From Gemmatimonadaceae bacterium (GTDB taxonomy: Bacteria; Gemmatimonadota; Gemmatimonadetes; Gemmatimonadales; Gemmatimonadaceae), in contig JBBDYC010000002.1 of the NCBI GenBank assembly GCA_040901985.1, positions 21,873 through 85,872 of the forward strand: a DNA stretch of 64,000 nucleotides. Reading direction: 5' to 3'. Made by a program: the position numbers and the translations under genes. The notes beneath the pieces are model-generated. The model saw nothing but the letters and a program-made list of their open reading frames with translations, made no database searches and was not told the DNA's origin. Positions 36,455 to 47,323 of the stretch are shown one piece after another; position 1 is the stretch's first letter; each line of letters opens with the position of its first letter.

Positions 36455-36827
36455 GAGGTTCCGTCGGACGATTGCGTCGTGCGTTCGCGCACGCCGAGGA
36501 AAGTCCGGGCTCCTTGGACACGCTGCCAGGTAACGCCTGGGCACGCGGCTTGCCGCGTGACGGAAAGTGCCACAGAGAACAGACCGCCTTCGTTCGTTTC
36601 GGAGGTAAGGGTGAAACGGTGGGGTAAGAGCCCACCGCGCCCGTGGCAACACGGGCGGCACGGCAAACCCCAGCGGGAGCAAGGCCAAATAGGCGGCGAG
36701 CAGCAGTCCTCTGCGATCAGGACGCCGCGGGTTGGCTGCTAGAGTGTACGGGCGACCGTGCACCGAGAGAAATGATCGTCCGGGACCGCAAGGTCCCGAC
36801 AGAACCCGGCTTACAGACGGGACCCTC
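36455..36827 (+). ncRNA. rnpB: RNase P RNA (class A)
   Basis: GAGGAAAGTCCGGGCTCC, AGTGCCACAGA, GTGAAACGGTGGGGTAAGAGCCCACC, GGCAAACCCC, ACAGAACCCGGCTTA; terminal P1 pairing; -10 TAGATT 7 nt upstream. Confidence 0.97.
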
Positions 36828-36941
36828 GATGGACCGGTGCTGGCAGGTGTGCGGTGGTGGGGTATCATCCCGCCATCGCCACCTGCCATCGCCGCTTCGC
36901 ATCCAATGCCATTCGACCCGCCCGCCGTGTCTCGCCCTCTG

Positions 36942-37814
36942 ATGTCCGTCCGTCGTTGCCGTCCGTGGCTGGTCCTGACGCTTGCGCTCGGCGTGATCGC
37001 CGCGTGCGCTCCGCTTCGGCCGTTCAGCCGGACCGCCGTCGGGAGCGGACCCACGGTCCGGCAACAGCCCGATCCGCTCGCCGCGCCCTGGGTGCTCCGT
37101 GACGGCGGCGCCCGGCGCGCACAGATCATCGCGGTGCGCGCACTGCTCACGTCAGAACTGGATGCGACGGTTCGCGTGGACACACTGCGCTCGACGATGG
37201 GGGTCGCGTGGTCGGCTGTGCCGGGTACGACGCCAGCGCGCCTCGCCGGAATGGTGACGGACTTTCGCGCCGTAATGGGCGGCGATTCCAGCGGCGTGCC
37301 CGCGGGCGTCAACCTTCCGTTCTCGTTCGTCGCCGAGTCCCGGGGACCGGGACTGCAGCCGGTCTTTACGATTCCGGAGAGCGGAAGCTGCACGAACCCG
37401 AACGCCGCCGTGATGCAGGGTGTGCGCGATACCTGGCTCTCGCTGCCGGATACGATGGTCCGCGGAACGACCTGGCGTGACTCCTCGACGTATCTGGTCT
37501 GTCGCGACGGCCTCCCGATGACGGTGTCGGCGGTCCGCACCTTCACCGTGACCGGCGCTCGGATGCGGGAAGGCCAGCTCGTGGTCGTCGTCCAGCGCGT
37601 GACGGCGACGCAGCTCGCCGGATCGGGGCACCAGTTCGGCGAGCCGATCGCGTTGCTCGGCGAGGGCGAAGGCACGATGCAGCTGGATGTCGCCCTCGCC
37701 GGTGGCGTCATCGTGCACGGAGAGGGAGTGGCGGAGCTGCGACTCGAGATGCAGGGCCGGCGGCGGACCCTGGTCCTTCGTCAAGCGAGCACGGTGGAGA
37801 TCCGCGAGCCCTGA
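36942..37814 (+). CDS. Hypothetical beta-rich lipoprotein
   Basis: MSVRRCRPWLVLTLALGVIAAC lipoprotein signal; alternative ATG at 36906. Confidence 0.6.
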   Translation: MSVRRCRPWLVLTLALGVIAACAPLRPFSRTAVGSGPTVRQQPDPLAAPWVLRDGGARRAQIIAVRALLTSELDATVRVDTLRSTMGVAWSAVPGTTPARLAGMVTDFRAVMGGDSSGVPAGVNLPFSFVAESRGPGLQPVFTIPESGSCTNPNAAVMQGVRDTWLSLPDTMVRGTTWRDSSTYLVCRDGLPMTVSAVRTFTVTGARMREGQLVVVVQRVTATQLAGSGHQFGEPIALLGEGEGTMQLDVALAGGVIVHGEGVAELRLEMQGRRRTLVLRQASTVEIREP

Positions 37815-37833
37815 GAGGCCGCGACGGGCGCCG

Positions 37834-38940
37834 TCAGTCCACCAGGCGAAGCGGCATCAGCAGGCAGAGATACTTCGCCGCGTCCGCCCACCCCTCGGGT
37901 TCCAGTGTCGAGGCCCGCTCGGGTGCACGGAAGGTCATCCGCACCTCGTCGGTCGGCATATAGCGGAGTATCTCGAGCAGGTACGCCGCGTTGAAGCCGA
38001 TGTCGAGCGGGTCGCCGTCGTAGCGAATCGGCAGCTCGTCCTGCGCCTCGCCGAGGTCCGGCGTGCTGACGGAGAACTTGAGCATGCCGGCGTTGAAGGA
38101 GAGCCGGATGCGGTGGGTCTGGTCCGACGCGACGACGCTCATCCGCTTGAGCGCCCCGGTGAACGCGGCGCGATCGAGGATGGCGTACTTGTCGTTGTCC
38201 TTCGGGATGACCTGGTCGTAGCCCGGGTACGGGCCCTCGATGAGCCGCGTGAAGACTGAGGTGAAGGGCGAACGAAAGCCAAGGTGATTCTCGCCCTGGG
38301 CGACCTCGAGCTCCTCCTCGGCGGCGAAGAGGCGCCGGATCTGCTCGAGCGCCTTCGGCGGAATGATGAGGTCGGCCTTCTGCGCACCCTTGACCGGCAC
38401 CTCCATCTTGGCGAGCCGATGGCCGTTGGTGGCGACCATGCGCATCAGGTCGGCCCGCATTTCCCAGAGGACCCCGTTGAGGATTGGGCGGCTTTCCTCC
38501 GTGCTCGCCGCGAAGGCGGTGTGCCCGATCAGCTTCTGCAACTCGCCCGAGGGGATGCGCACCGCCTTGTCGAACTGCACGGCGGGAAAGCTCGGAAACT
38601 CCGACTTCGGCAGGCCGAGCAGCTTGAACTTGGAGCGCCCGCACTCGAGCGTGATGCGCTGGTCGCCGGCGGCCGAGATCTTCACCGGTGCCGGCGGGAG
38701 CTCGCGCGCAATCTCGCTCAGCTTGCGGGCGGGAATCGTGATTGCCCCCATTGCCTCGACGTCGGCGGTCACCTCGGTGCTCACGGCAATGTCGAGGTCG
38801 GTGCCGGAGATCCGGATCCCCTTGTCGGTGGTCTGCACGAGGAGGTTCGCCAGGACGGGAAGCGTCGTCTTTGTGGGAACGGCAGGCGCGACGGCGGCCA
38901 ACCCTTCCTGGAGCTTCTCGCGCGTGATGGTGAAACGCAT
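37834..38940 (-). CDS. dnaN: DNA polymerase III beta sliding clamp
   Basis: GTDLDIA, SRPILNGV, ATNGHRLA, RLIEGPYPGY, GFNAAYL, LLMPLRL. Confidence 0.97.
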   Translation of the reverse strand: MRFTITREKLQEGLAAVAPAVPTKTTLPVLANLLVQTTDKGIRISGTDLDIAVSTEVTADVEAMGAITIPARKLSEIARELPPAPVKISAAGDQRITLECGRSKFKLLGLPKSEFPSFPAVQFDKAVRIPSGELQKLIGHTAFAASTEESRPILNGVLWEMRADLMRMVATNGHRLAKMEVPVKGAQKADLIIPPKALEQIRRLFAAEEELEVAQGENHLGFRSPFTSVFTRLIEGPYPGYDQVIPKDNDKYAILDRAAFTGALKRMSVVASDQTHRIRLSFNAGMLKFSVSTPDLGEAQDELPIRYDGDPLDIGFNAAYLLEILRYMPTDEVRMTFRAPERASTLEPEGWADAAKYLCLLMPLRLVD

Positions 38941-38994
38941 TCTGGTCCTGGCGAAGGCGGGTGTGGAAGGCTCGGGCGGGCTGCTTTTACAAGA

Positions 38995-39210
38995 CCTGAA
39001 TTTCTATATCTGTAGTAGTAGTAGCAAGGTGTGGAATGTGGACGGAACCCGGAAGCGCTTGGGGCCTCGACATTTCACCCGACCAACTCACGTGCATTCG
39101 ACGTGCATCCGCTGTGGGGTCCGGTGGAACCGCGCCTTTCACGGGGACCGGACGTGGCAAACATGTGCATCAGGTGGAATGCCGCACGGTTTCCCGCACC
39201 TTGTCAACAC
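38995..39210. other. oriC: Replication origin oriC: unwinding element between dnaA and dnaN
   Basis: - strand CCGTCCACA-TTCCACA-CCTTG-CTACTACTACTA-CAGATATAGAAATT: tandem DnaA boxes, four DnaA-trios (TAG x4 at 39013-39024), AT-rich tail; more degenerate boxes to about 39209. Confidence 0.85.
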
Positions 39211-40567
39211 GCGTCCGGAACTCCGCGCTCTCCTTCATCATTTCGGCGACGCGCTCGAGGGAATGAATCACGGTGGAGTGGTCGCGGCCGCCGAACGCCT
39301 GGCCAATCTCCACGAGCTGCAGGCCGAGGATCTCGCGGGCGAGATACATCGCGACCTGCCGCGGGACGGTGAGGTTCTTGGTGCGGGTCTTCGACTGCAG
39401 TCCGTCCACCGTGGTTCCCCACTCGGCGGCGACCCGCTGCTGGATCTGTCCCATCCTATCCTGGCGGCCAGACCGCGCCGGCGCGGCATCGCCGGAACGC
39501 AGCTTGTCGCGTAATGCCTCGCGGGCGAGGTCCACCGTCACGACGCGGTGCTTCAGCGACGCGTAGGCCAGGAGCTTGATGATTGACCCCTCGAGCTCCC
39601 GCACGTTCGACTGCACGTGGTCGGCGATGAAGTGGAGCACGTCATCCGGGATCGTGTGCTCGAGGTGGTCCATCTCGGCTTTCCGGCGCAGGATGGCGAT
39701 TCGGTGTTCGAGGTCCGGCTGTCCGACGTCGGCGACCATCCCCCAGGCGAACCGCGAGGCGAGGCGCGCCTCGAGCTTGGGGATCTCCGACGGCGGACGG
39801 TCGGAGGTCAGGACGATCTGGCGTCCCGCCTCATACAGCGCGTTGAAGGTGTGAAAGAACTCCTCCTGCGTGGAGTTCTTGCCGCCGATGAAGTGCACGT
39901 CGTCCACAAGGAAGAGGTCCGTCTCGCGATAGCGACGACGGAAGTCGTGCATCGCCCCCTTGCCGATGGACGTGATGACGTCGTTGGTGAACTGCTCGGT
40001 GGTGATGTAGGTGACGCGCGTCGGGGGCGAACGGCGCAGGATCTCCTGCGCGATGGCCTGCATCAGGTGCGTCTTTCCGAGACCGGTCGGTCCGTAGAAG
40101 AAGAGCGGATTGTAGGTCTTGCCGGGCGCCTGGGAGACCGCCATCGCAGCTGCCGCAGCGAGGTCGTTGGACTTGCCGATGACGAAGGTGTCAAAGGTGT
40201 ATCGGTCGTTGAGTGAGCTTAGTGTGACATTAGATTGAGGCTGGTCTGGCGCCATGGTGCTTCGTTCCTGCCCCTTTGATGGCACGAACAAGTCCATTTG
40301 TGAGCGCTGTGCCCGCTCCGCGTTCACGTGCAGCGTAATTTTGACCGGATGACCGACCGCCACCGGCGCGAGCGATTCGAGGACCGCCGTGTGTCGGCGC
40401 TCGTTCCACTCAACCGAGAACTGGTCGGGGGCGTTCAGCGTGAGGGCTTCGCCGGAGAACTCGGCCGCGGTGAGGGGCACGAGCCAGGTATCAACTATGT
40501 GATCCGAGAGTTCGGTCCGCGCTCGGTCGAGCAGGCGGGACCAAACTTCGGTTGCGGTGAGGGTCAT
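39170..40567 (-). CDS. dnaA: Chromosomal replication initiator DnaA
   Basis: [58 protein letters not shown]. Confidence 0.98.
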   Translation of the reverse strand: MTLTATEVWSRLLDRARTELSDHIVDTWLVPLTAAEFSGEALTLNAPDQFSVEWNERRHTAVLESLAPVAVGHPVKITLHVNAERAQRSQMDLFVPSKGQERSTMAPDQPQSNVTLSSLNDRYTFDTFVIGKSNDLAAAAAMAVSQAPGKTYNPLFFYGPTGLGKTHLMQAIAQEILRRSPPTRVTYITTEQFTNDVITSIGKGAMHDFRRRYRETDLFLVDDVHFIGGKNSTQEEFFHTFNALYEAGRQIVLTSDRPPSEIPKLEARLASRFAWGMVADVGQPDLEHRIAILRRKAEMDHLEHTIPDDVLHFIADHVQSNVRELEGSIIKLLAYASLKHRVVTVDLAREALRDKLRSGDAAPARSGRQDRMGQIQQRVAAEWGTTVDGLQSKTRTKNLTVPRQVAMYLAREILGLQLVEIGQAFGGRDHSTVIHSLERVAEMMKESAEFRTRVDKVRETVRHST

Positions 40568-40582
40568 TCCGAGCCGAGCGGA

Positions 40583-40632
40583 TGTGGATATCGAGGGGAC
40601 GCGAAGCTACCCCACGCCTGTGGATAAGTCAA
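40583..40632 (-). promoter_or_regulatory. dnaA promoter with overlapping DnaA boxes
   Basis: TTGACT-N17-TAGCTT on - strand; perfect box TTATCCACA at 40619-40627 overlapping the -35; second box TGTGGATAT at 40583-40591. Confidence 0.8.
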
Positions 40633-40674
40633 CGCTCGTGTCTGCGACCCAGTTGTGCCGAGCCCCCTCCGACG

Positions 40675-40703
40675 TTGACCTAAACGGTGGGCCCGGCTAC
40701 GTT
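40675..40703 (+). promoter_or_regulatory. Sigma70 promoter of the rpmH operon
   Basis: TTGACC-N17-TACGTT. Confidence 0.65.
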
Positions 40704-40748
40704 TATCGGTCTGTCCGTGATGCTCTATACAGTCATTTTGGAGTAACG

Positions 40749-40913
40749 ATGGGGAAGCCGACTTACCGCCCGCGCAACAGGCGTCGGATCAAGACGCACG
40801 GGTTCCGTACGCGTATGGAGACGAAGTGGGGGCGCGCAGTCCTGAGCCGCCGTCGCAAGAAGGGACGCAAGCGGCTGACCGTGAAGCTGCCCTCGAAGTA
40901 CGCTGGCGTTTAA
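40749..40913 (+). CDS. rpmH: 50S ribosomal protein L34
   Basis: [49 protein letters not shown]. Confidence 0.96.
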   Translation: MGKPTYRPRNRRRIKTHGFRTRMETKWGRAVLSRRRKKGRKRLTVKLPSKYAGV

Positions 40914-40926
40914 GGTCGACCGCCGC

Positions 40927-41277
40927 GTGGCGTCGCCGCAGTGGCTGACGCGCACGGCCGAGCTGGAGGCAGTGCGCCGCCAAGGGAAGCGACACCGAAC
41001 CGGAGCGCTCGAGGTTCGGTTCCTCGCTTCCCTTCTTCGTCATCCGCGGGTGGGGATCATCGTGCCGCGACACCAGCAGACCGCCGTGGCGCGCAACCGG
41101 CTCAAGCGCCGCCTTCGCGAACTTGCGCGGCAGAATCTGTATCCGGTGCTGCAGCCGTTGGCCCCGCTCGACGTCGTGGTGCGCGCGGCGCCGGCGGCGT
41201 ACGCAGCCGATTTCGCGAAGCTTGCCTCCGACGTGGACCGGCTTGGCGCACGGATCTCCGGCGAGATGACCGAATGA
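40927..41277 (+). CDS. rnpA: RNase P protein component
   Basis: [20 protein letters not shown] (RNR motif), DVVVRA; position after rpmH. Confidence 0.92.
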   Translation: MASPQWLTRTAELEAVRRQGKRHRTGALEVRFLASLLRHPRVGIIVPRHQQTAVARNRLKRRLRELARQNLYPVLQPLAPLDVVVRAAPAAYAADFAKLASDVDRLGARISGEMTE

Positions 41278-41522
41278 GGCGGGTGCTGATCCTCGGGGTT
41301 CGGGCGTATCAGGTGGTGCTCTCGCCGCTGTTGCCGGCGGCTTGCCGCTATCATCCCACTTGTTCGCACTACGCCATCGAGGCGCTCGAGAAGCACGGGG
41401 CGTTGCGCGGCTCGTGGCTTGCCGTGAGGCGCATCGCGCGCTGTCACCCGTTCCGGCCGGGGGGGTTCGACCCCGTTCCGGAACCGCCTTCCACTCTACC
41501 GACCACACGCCGCGATGGATAA
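41274..41522 (+). CDS. yidD: Membrane protein insertion efficiency factor
   Basis: [33 protein letters not shown]. Confidence 0.94.
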   Translation: MRRVLILGVRAYQVVLSPLLPAACRYHPTCSHYAIEALEKHGALRGSWLAVRRIARCHPFRPGGFDPVPEPPSTLPTTRRDG

Positions 41523-43242
41523 GCGTTTCTTCCTTGCGCTCCTGCTGACGGGCGCGGTCGTGTTGGCGACGCCGCTGATTTTCCAACGGCCGCCGGCGCC
41601 GCCGCCGGCGAGCGTTCCCGCGGCCCCGGTCGAGGGCGCCGGAACGACCGGCAGTCCCACGCCGGCACCGCCAACGGTCGCGCCGGCGCTCGATGTGCCG
41701 CGCCAGGCGCTCGCCGCCACGCCGCCGCCCGCTGCGGCCGTCGCGGCGGAAAGCCTCACGCTGGGCAACGACCTCACGACCTTCACCTTCTCGACGCTTG
41801 GCGCGACGTTCCTGGGCGCGGAGCTGCCGCGATTTCGCCGGCTGCGCAACGGCGAGGGGGCCGTCCGACTCGCGCACGGCGGCGAACCGATGTTGCGCTA
41901 TCGCCTGATTGCCGGCGGCGACACGGTGGCGCTGGACCGCCTCCCGTTCCGGGCGACACGCAGCGTGACCGCGCGCGGCGAGCAGCTCAGGTTCGCCGGC
42001 GCACTCGGCGTGGCGACGGTGGAGGTGCGCTACACCTTGACGGCTGACAACTACCTGGCGGCGGTCGAGATCCAGGCGACCGGGCTGCCGCAGCCGGTGT
42101 TCCTGCTCACGGACCTGCCAACCGGTTTCACCTCGCAGGAGGCGGACAGCACGGAGGACGCCCGGCATCTCGCGTACGCGATGAAACCGCAGGGCGCGGG
42201 CGCCGAACGGGTGGATTTCCGGAAACCGGACCCGGGCGAGCGGATCCTCAAGCCGGGCCCGATGACCTGGGTCTTCGCGAAGAGCAAGTACTTCTTGATC
42301 GGCGTGCTGACGCCGGAGAGCGCCCTCGCGCCGTTCGCCGAGGTGCACGTGGTCGGCGCGCCGCGGGTCAACAAGATGGCCGTGCGCGCCAGCGCCACCG
42401 TCGTCTCGCCGCTGCCGGAGAGCGGTGTGGCGTTCGAGCTCTACGCGGGGCCGCAGGAATGGGAGCGCCTCGTCGCGATGGGGCGCGAGCTCCAGAACGT
42501 GAATCCGTACGGCGGCTGGATCAGCGGAGTGGTGCAGCCCTTCGCCACGATCGTGATGCGCATCCTGCTCTGGATGAAGCGCACGCTGAATGTCGAGTAC
42601 GGCTGGATCCTCGTACTCTTCGGCGTGCTGGTCCGCCTCTTGATGTGGCCGTTGAACAGCCGGATGATGCGCTCGCAGATGGCGATGCAGCGGCTCGCGC
42701 CGGAGATCCAGGCGGCGCAGAACAAGCACAAGGGGGATCCCGAGGCGCAGCGCGCGGCCGTGATGAAGGTCTATTCGGACGCGGGCGTCAGTCCGTTCGC
42801 GGCCGTGTCGGGGTGCTTGCCGATGCTGCTGCCGATGCCGATCCTGATTGCGCTTTTCTTCGTGTTCCAGAACACGATTGAATTCCGCGGCGTGTCATTC
42901 CTGTGGCTGGCCGACATCTCGCTGAAGGATCCGCACTACATCCTGCCGCTGGCGATGGGCGCGTCGATGTACGCCTTGTCGTGGGTCGGAATGCGCAACG
43001 TGCCGCCGAATCCGCAGACCAAGATGATGGCGGTGTTGATGCCGGTGATCCTGACCGTGGCGCTCCTGAACTTCGCGTCGGGGCTCAACCTGTACTACAC
43101 GGTGCAGAACCTGGCTGCGCTGCCGCAGCAGTGGCTGATTGCCAACGAGCGCGCGAAGGCCGCGAAGCCGCCCGCGAAGCCGTCCGCGAAGCCGGCGACG
43201 GCCGCGGCCGCGTCCGGTGGGGGCGCCAAGAAGAAACGCTGA
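41515..43242 (+). CDS. yidC: Membrane protein insertase YidC
   Basis: [55 protein letters not shown]. Confidence 0.96.
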   Translation: MDKRFFLALLLTGAVVLATPLIFQRPPAPPPASVPAAPVEGAGTTGSPTPAPPTVAPALDVPRQALAATPPPAAAVAAESLTLGNDLTTFTFSTLGATFLGAELPRFRRLRNGEGAVRLAHGGEPMLRYRLIAGGDTVALDRLPFRATRSVTARGEQLRFAGALGVATVEVRYTLTADNYLAAVEIQATGLPQPVFLLTDLPTGFTSQEADSTEDARHLAYAMKPQGAGAERVDFRKPDPGERILKPGPMTWVFAKSKYFLIGVLTPESALAPFAEVHVVGAPRVNKMAVRASATVVSPLPESGVAFELYAGPQEWERLVAMGRELQNVNPYGGWISGVVQPFATIVMRILLWMKRTLNVEYGWILVLFGVLVRLLMWPLNSRMMRSQMAMQRLAPEIQAAQNKHKGDPEAQRAAVMKVYSDAGVSPFAAVSGCLPMLLPMPILIALFFVFQNTIEFRGVSFLWLADISLKDPHYILPLAMGASMYALSWVGMRNVPPNPQTKMMAVLMPVILTVALLNFASGLNLYYTVQNLAALPQQWLIANERAKAAKPPAKPSAKPATAAAASGGGAKKKR

Positions 43243-43254
43243 AACCTCGGGCGG

Positions 43255-43295
43255 AAAAAGACGACGCGCGGCCGGCCCCGGAGCCGGTCGCGCGC
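43255..43295 (-). terminator. Terminator hairpin between convergent yidC and the metalloprotease-like gene
   Basis: GCGCGGCCGGC-CCCGGA-GCCGGTCGCGC with AAAAA on the left (U tract on - strand). Confidence 0.5.
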
Positions 43296-43319
43296 GCCCA
43301 CCTAGCGGCTCGCCGTTAT

Positions 43320-44258
43320 CTATGCCGTGCGAGCGGCCGCGTCGGCGAAATGCGTGATCTCGCGGGCTTCGGCCCGCAAGGCCCAGGCGATGCCGTGTTC
43401 GGCAATCGCCTCTTCCACCATGCGTGCCCCGAGCCAGTATCCGGCGCGTTCGGGGAGGACGTGACGCTGCACCGTCCGCGCCTCGTCGCTCATTCCGCCG
43501 GAGAGCCAGCGCAGACGAAGGCCGAGCCCCGCCCGGTCGAGGTCGTCGATCACCGCCCGCGAGAGCACGGCGTCGAGCTCCCGGACCCGCGCGTACTGAC
43601 GGCGCTGGAAGCCGTAATACTCCCACGGTGCATGCCCCGGGCTCAGTTGCCGCGAGGCCTGCACAGCCAGCCCTTCGTTGATGAGATGCTCGCGCAGCGA
43701 AACGGCGCGGCCGGTCTCCCAGTAGGAGTAGAATCCGCCGGCGCCGGAGACGACCCGACGCAACTCCGCGCGGCTCCGCGGTGACGTGTACCGCACGCAG
43801 TGGGCGAGTTCGTGCGCGAGCCACATCGGGACCAGCTCGGGGTCGAGGCCGAGGCCACGCACATCGGGATTGGCGACGCTGGTGAAGTGCTCGAGACAGA
43901 CGAAGGCGACGCCACGCCCGTTGACGACCATCTCGCCGGCGTTGGCCGCCCCGACGCCAACCATCAACACGACGTCAATCGTGGAATCGATCTCGAAGAG
44001 CTCGGCGCAGGCGGCTTCGGCCTGCTTGGCCAGCGCGACGACGTCGGTGCGCTCGAGCATCGCGCCAAGGTCCTGGCGGTCGGCGCGGGCGGTCTCACGC
44101 ACGACGTCCAGGAAGTGCGGTCCGGCGGGCTCGATGACGTAGTTATGCCAGTACGCGCCGAGGAGCGGGCGATGGGCCTCGAAGTACCGATGATACGCTG
44201 CGACCGGATCGACGCTTTGCCGCACGGCGAAGAAGTCAGGCAGCAGATTGATGAGCAT
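43320..44258 (-). CDS. Putative Zn-dependent protease (DUF2268-like)
   Basis: WLAHELAHCVR (HExxH), INEGLAV, AGYWLG. Confidence 0.7.
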   Translation of the reverse strand: MLINLLPDFFAVRQSVDPVAAYHRYFEAHRPLLGAYWHNYVIEPAGPHFLDVVRETARADRQDLGAMLERTDVVALAKQAEAACAELFEIDSTIDVVLMVGVGAANAGEMVVNGRGVAFVCLEHFTSVANPDVRGLGLDPELVPMWLAHELAHCVRYTSPRSRAELRRVVSGAGGFYSYWETGRAVSLREHLINEGLAVQASRQLSPGHAPWEYYGFQRRQYARVRELDAVLSRAVIDDLDRAGLGLRLRWLSGGMSDEARTVQRHVLPERAGYWLGARMVEEAIAEHGIAWALRAEAREITHFADAAARTA

Positions 44259-44493
44259 TCGGTGGGTGCGGGACGGGATGACGAAGCGCGGCTCGGGGAA
44301 CCGCCGTCGCGCGAAGCATACAGTTGATCGTGATTCCAGACAAGAGGACGTGAGGGCAGGCAAATCGGCGAGGGGAGGGTTGAGATGAGGGTTGTGTGGC
44401 ACGTCACGTCCCACCTGCTCCCTCGTCCGCCTCCCTCGTCCGCTCGCGCTTGATTGCCCACGGACGCTCAGGGATGGATCGGCGTGCGGGGCG

Positions 44494-45141
44494 TCAGCGG
44501 GTGCCGAAGAGGCGATCGCCAGCGTCGCCGAGTCCGGGAAGGATGTAGCCGTTGGCGTTGAGCTCGCGGTCGAGCGCGGCGGCGAAGATCGGCACATCGG
44601 GGTGCGCACCGTGCAGCCGGCGGACGCCTTCCGGCGCGGCGACGAGGCAGAGGAACTTGATGCGCTGCGCGCCGGCGCGCTTGAGCGACGCGACCGCGCT
44701 CGCCGCGCTGCCTCCGGTGGCGAGCATGGGGTCGAGCAGGAAGAAGTCACGCTCGACCGCGTCACCGGGGACCTTGAAGTAGTAGTCCACCGGCTCCAGG
44801 GTGTCGTGGTCGCGGTAGAGGCCGATGTGTCCGACGCGGGCGCTCGGGACGAGCTTGAGGATTCCCTCGACCATCCCGAGCCCGGCGCGGAGGATCGGGA
44901 CAAGGGTGAGCTTCTTTCCGGTGATCCGTTGTCCGGTCGTTGTCTCGAGCGGCGTGACGATCTCGGCCGGCGCGAGCGGCAGGTCGGCCGTCGCCTCGTA
45001 GGCCATCAGCATCGCGATCTCGTCAACGAGCTCCTTGAAGATCTTGGTTGGCGTGGCCTGGTCACGGAGGATGGCCAGCTTGTGCTGGACGAGCGGATGC
45101 GAGACGACGGTGAGTCCGGGAAGCGCGGGGGTGGTCGGCAT
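44494..45141 (-). CDS. upp: Uracil phosphoribosyltransferase
   Basis: [52 protein letters not shown]. Confidence 0.97.
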   Translation of the reverse strand: MPTTPALPGLTVVSHPLVQHKLAILRDQATPTKIFKELVDEIAMLMAYEATADLPLAPAEIVTPLETTTGQRITGKKLTLVPILRAGLGMVEGILKLVPSARVGHIGLYRDHDTLEPVDYYFKVPGDAVERDFFLLDPMLATGGSAASAVASLKRAGAQRIKFLCLVAAPEGVRRLHGAHPDVPIFAAALDRELNANGYILPGLGDAGDRLFGTR

Positions 45142-45168
45142 AGGCGACAAGCTACTATCTTCGGCCGG
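45142..45168. promoter_or_regulatory. Bidirectional leaderless promoter (27 bp)
   Basis: TAGCTT (- strand, 45149-45154) and TATCTT (+ strand, 45156-45161), each 7 nt from an ATG. Confidence 0.65.
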
Positions 45169-45345
45169 ATGAAAGAATATCAGGCCGTCATCCTGCGGCT
45201 GACGCGCCACCAGCGCGAGGACGAGGACGCGCTGACCGACCTGTTGAACGAACGCAGTCGCGGCGGCTGGACACCGACGATGATGACGCAGGACGGCACC
45301 CGGTTGACGGTCGTCTTCGCGCGCAACGGGTCTCGCGACCGCTAG
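45169..45345 (+). CDS. Small DUF4177-like protein (58 aa)
   Basis: [27 protein letters not shown] pattern (EY..LN..GW..F-R). Confidence 0.65.
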   Translation: MKEYQAVILRLTRHQREDEDALTDLLNERSRGGWTPTMMTQDGTRLTVVFARNGSRDR

Positions 45346-46740
45346 ATGCGCCTCCAGTTCCAAGGCGCCGCACGCGAGGTGACCGGGTCGGCGCACTTGG
45401 TGCAGGTCCTTGGCCGGACAATCCTGCTGGACTGCGGACTGTTCCAGGGACGGCGACACGAGGTGAACGAGAAGAACCGACGCGTGCCGCACCGTCCGGA
45501 CGAGGTTGACGCGGTCGTGCTTTCGCACGCGCACATCGATCACGCCGGGCGGCTGCCGTTCCTGGTCAAGGAGGGATTCCGCGGCACGATCCACGCGACG
45601 CAGGCGACGCGGGACCTCTGCGAGGTGATGCTCGCCGATTCGGCGCACATCCAGGAGAAGGATGCCGAGTTCCTCTCGCGGCGGGGGTTGCCGGCCGCTG
45701 CGCCGCTCTACGCGCTGAAGGACGTCTCGACGACGCTCACGCAGATGGCGCCGCACGGCTACCGGCAGCGATTCGAGGTCGTGCGCGGCGTCTGGGCGAC
45801 CTTCGTTGACGCCGGCCACATCCTTGGCTCGGCGTCGGTCGCGCTTGAGTGGGAGGAGGACGGCGCGCGCCGCCGCCTCGGCTTCAGCGGCGACATCGGG
45901 CGCGCGGGATTGCCGATCATCCGCGACCCAGAGCCGCTCGAGGAGTTGGACTGGGTGATCATGGAGTCGACCTACGGGAACCGGGACCACGAGGGCGTGG
46001 CGGACGCACGCGCGGCGCTCGGCCGGATCGTCCGGGAGACCGCGGCGCGCGGCGGCCGCGTACTGATCCCGGCCTTTGCGGTGGGGCGGACGCAGGAGAT
46101 CCTCTACGACCTGCACACGCTGGCGCACGAAGGCGCGATCCCCCGCATCCCGATCGTAATCGACAGTCCGCTGGCGCACGAGGCGACGAACGTCTTCCGC
46201 GAGAACTCGGCGGACTTTGACCACACGGAGGCGCTCGTACGGCGCCACGACGGAGACGGCGATGCGATGTTCGACTTTGACCTCGTGCAATTCACGCCCG
46301 ACGTCGAGGACTCGAAGGCGATGATGCGGACGACGGGTCCGATGGTCGTGATTGCGGCCTCGGGGATGGCGGAGTCGGGACGGATCCTGCATCACCTGGC
46401 GCACAGTGCGGCCGATCCGCGGACGACGGTCCTCATCGTCGGCTTCATGGCCGAGCACACGCTGGGGCGGCGGCTGGTCGAGCGGCGGCCGGCAATCAAG
46501 GTGTTCGGTGAGGAGGTGCCGTTGCGGGCGCGGGTGGAGATTCTCAACGGCTACAGCGCCCACGCGGACCGTCGCGAGCTGCAGGGGTGGATAGATGCGG
46601 TGCAGGCGACCTCCCCGGCCCTGAGTGACGTGTTCCTCGTGCACGGCGAGCCGACGGCGCAGGAGGCCTTTGCGGCGCAGCTCGCGGCGCGCGGCTACAC
46701 GGTGCGGTGCCCAACGGCCGGCGCCAGTGTCACGCGCTGA
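45346..46740 (+). CDS. MBL-fold beta-CASP ribonuclease (YSH1/CPSF-73-like)
   Basis: [58 protein letters not shown]. Confidence 0.93.
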   Translation: MRLQFQGAAREVTGSAHLVQVLGRTILLDCGLFQGRRHEVNEKNRRVPHRPDEVDAVVLSHAHIDHAGRLPFLVKEGFRGTIHATQATRDLCEVMLADSAHIQEKDAEFLSRRGLPAAAPLYALKDVSTTLTQMAPHGYRQRFEVVRGVWATFVDAGHILGSASVALEWEEDGARRRLGFSGDIGRAGLPIIRDPEPLEELDWVIMESTYGNRDHEGVADARAALGRIVRETAARGGRVLIPAFAVGRTQEILYDLHTLAHEGAIPRIPIVIDSPLAHEATNVFRENSADFDHTEALVRRHDGDGDAMFDFDLVQFTPDVEDSKAMMRTTGPMVVIAASGMAESGRILHHLAHSAADPRTTVLIVGFMAEHTLGRRLVERRPAIKVFGEEVPLRARVEILNGYSAHADRRELQGWIDAVQATSPALSDVFLVHGEPTAQEAFAAQLAARGYTVRCPTAGASVTR

Positions 46741-47281
46741 CGGCGCGACGCGCCTGGTGGCGGCGGCCGTGGCGCTGGGCACCGCGCGTGGCGTGGGCGC
46801 GCTGTCCATTCAGGCGATTGCGACCGAAGCCGGGGTGAGCAAGGCGCTCGTGCTCTACCATTTCGCCGACAAGCCGACGCTGCTCCTCGCGCTCCAGCGT
46901 GACCTCGGGGCGGCGAGTGCGGCGCGGTTGCAAGCGGTGGCCGTCGCCGCCGATCCCCTCGAGGCGTGGCGCCGGCTTGTGCACGAAGAGACGGAGTCGG
47001 GGGCACTCGCGCTCCTTGCCGCGCTCAACCGCGAGGCCGAGGTCCGCGACTCCGCCGTCGCGATGCACGCCGCGCGCGAAAAGGCGGCAACGGTCCTGGC
47101 GGCCGCAGTGATGCGCTCGCTGGAGCTACGACCGCGCATCGCGCCGACGCTCCTTGGGTGCGTCCTCCTGCGACAACTCGACGGGCTTGCCGTCCGGGCC
47201 GGAGCGGTGGCGACCGATGCCGAGTCGCTCGACGCGGAATTCGACAGCTTTGCCCTTGCGTTCCTCGCGCTGGGGCACTGA
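46727..47281 (+). CDS. TetR/AcrR family transcriptional regulator
   Basis: [27 protein letters not shown]. Confidence 0.85.
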   Translation: MSRADGATRLVAAAVALGTARGVGALSIQAIATEAGVSKALVLYHFADKPTLLLALQRDLGAASAARLQAVAVAADPLEAWRRLVHEETESGALALLAALNREAEVRDSAVAMHAAREKAATVLAAAVMRSLELRPRIAPTLLGCVLLRQLDGLAVRAGAVATDAESLDAEFDSFALAFLALGH

Positions 47282-47323
47282 GCGGCGTACCGCCGCCGGG
47301 GTCCTGCGAATAACTTGCGACCG

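Noticed and set aside
36428..36942. ORFs overlapping the RNase P RNA
   Set aside because: The region is fully explained by rnpB consensus elements
44494..46809. 771-aa ORF suggesting a fusion to Upp
   Set aside because: Upstream part is antisense to the beta-CASP nuclease; upp starts at 45141
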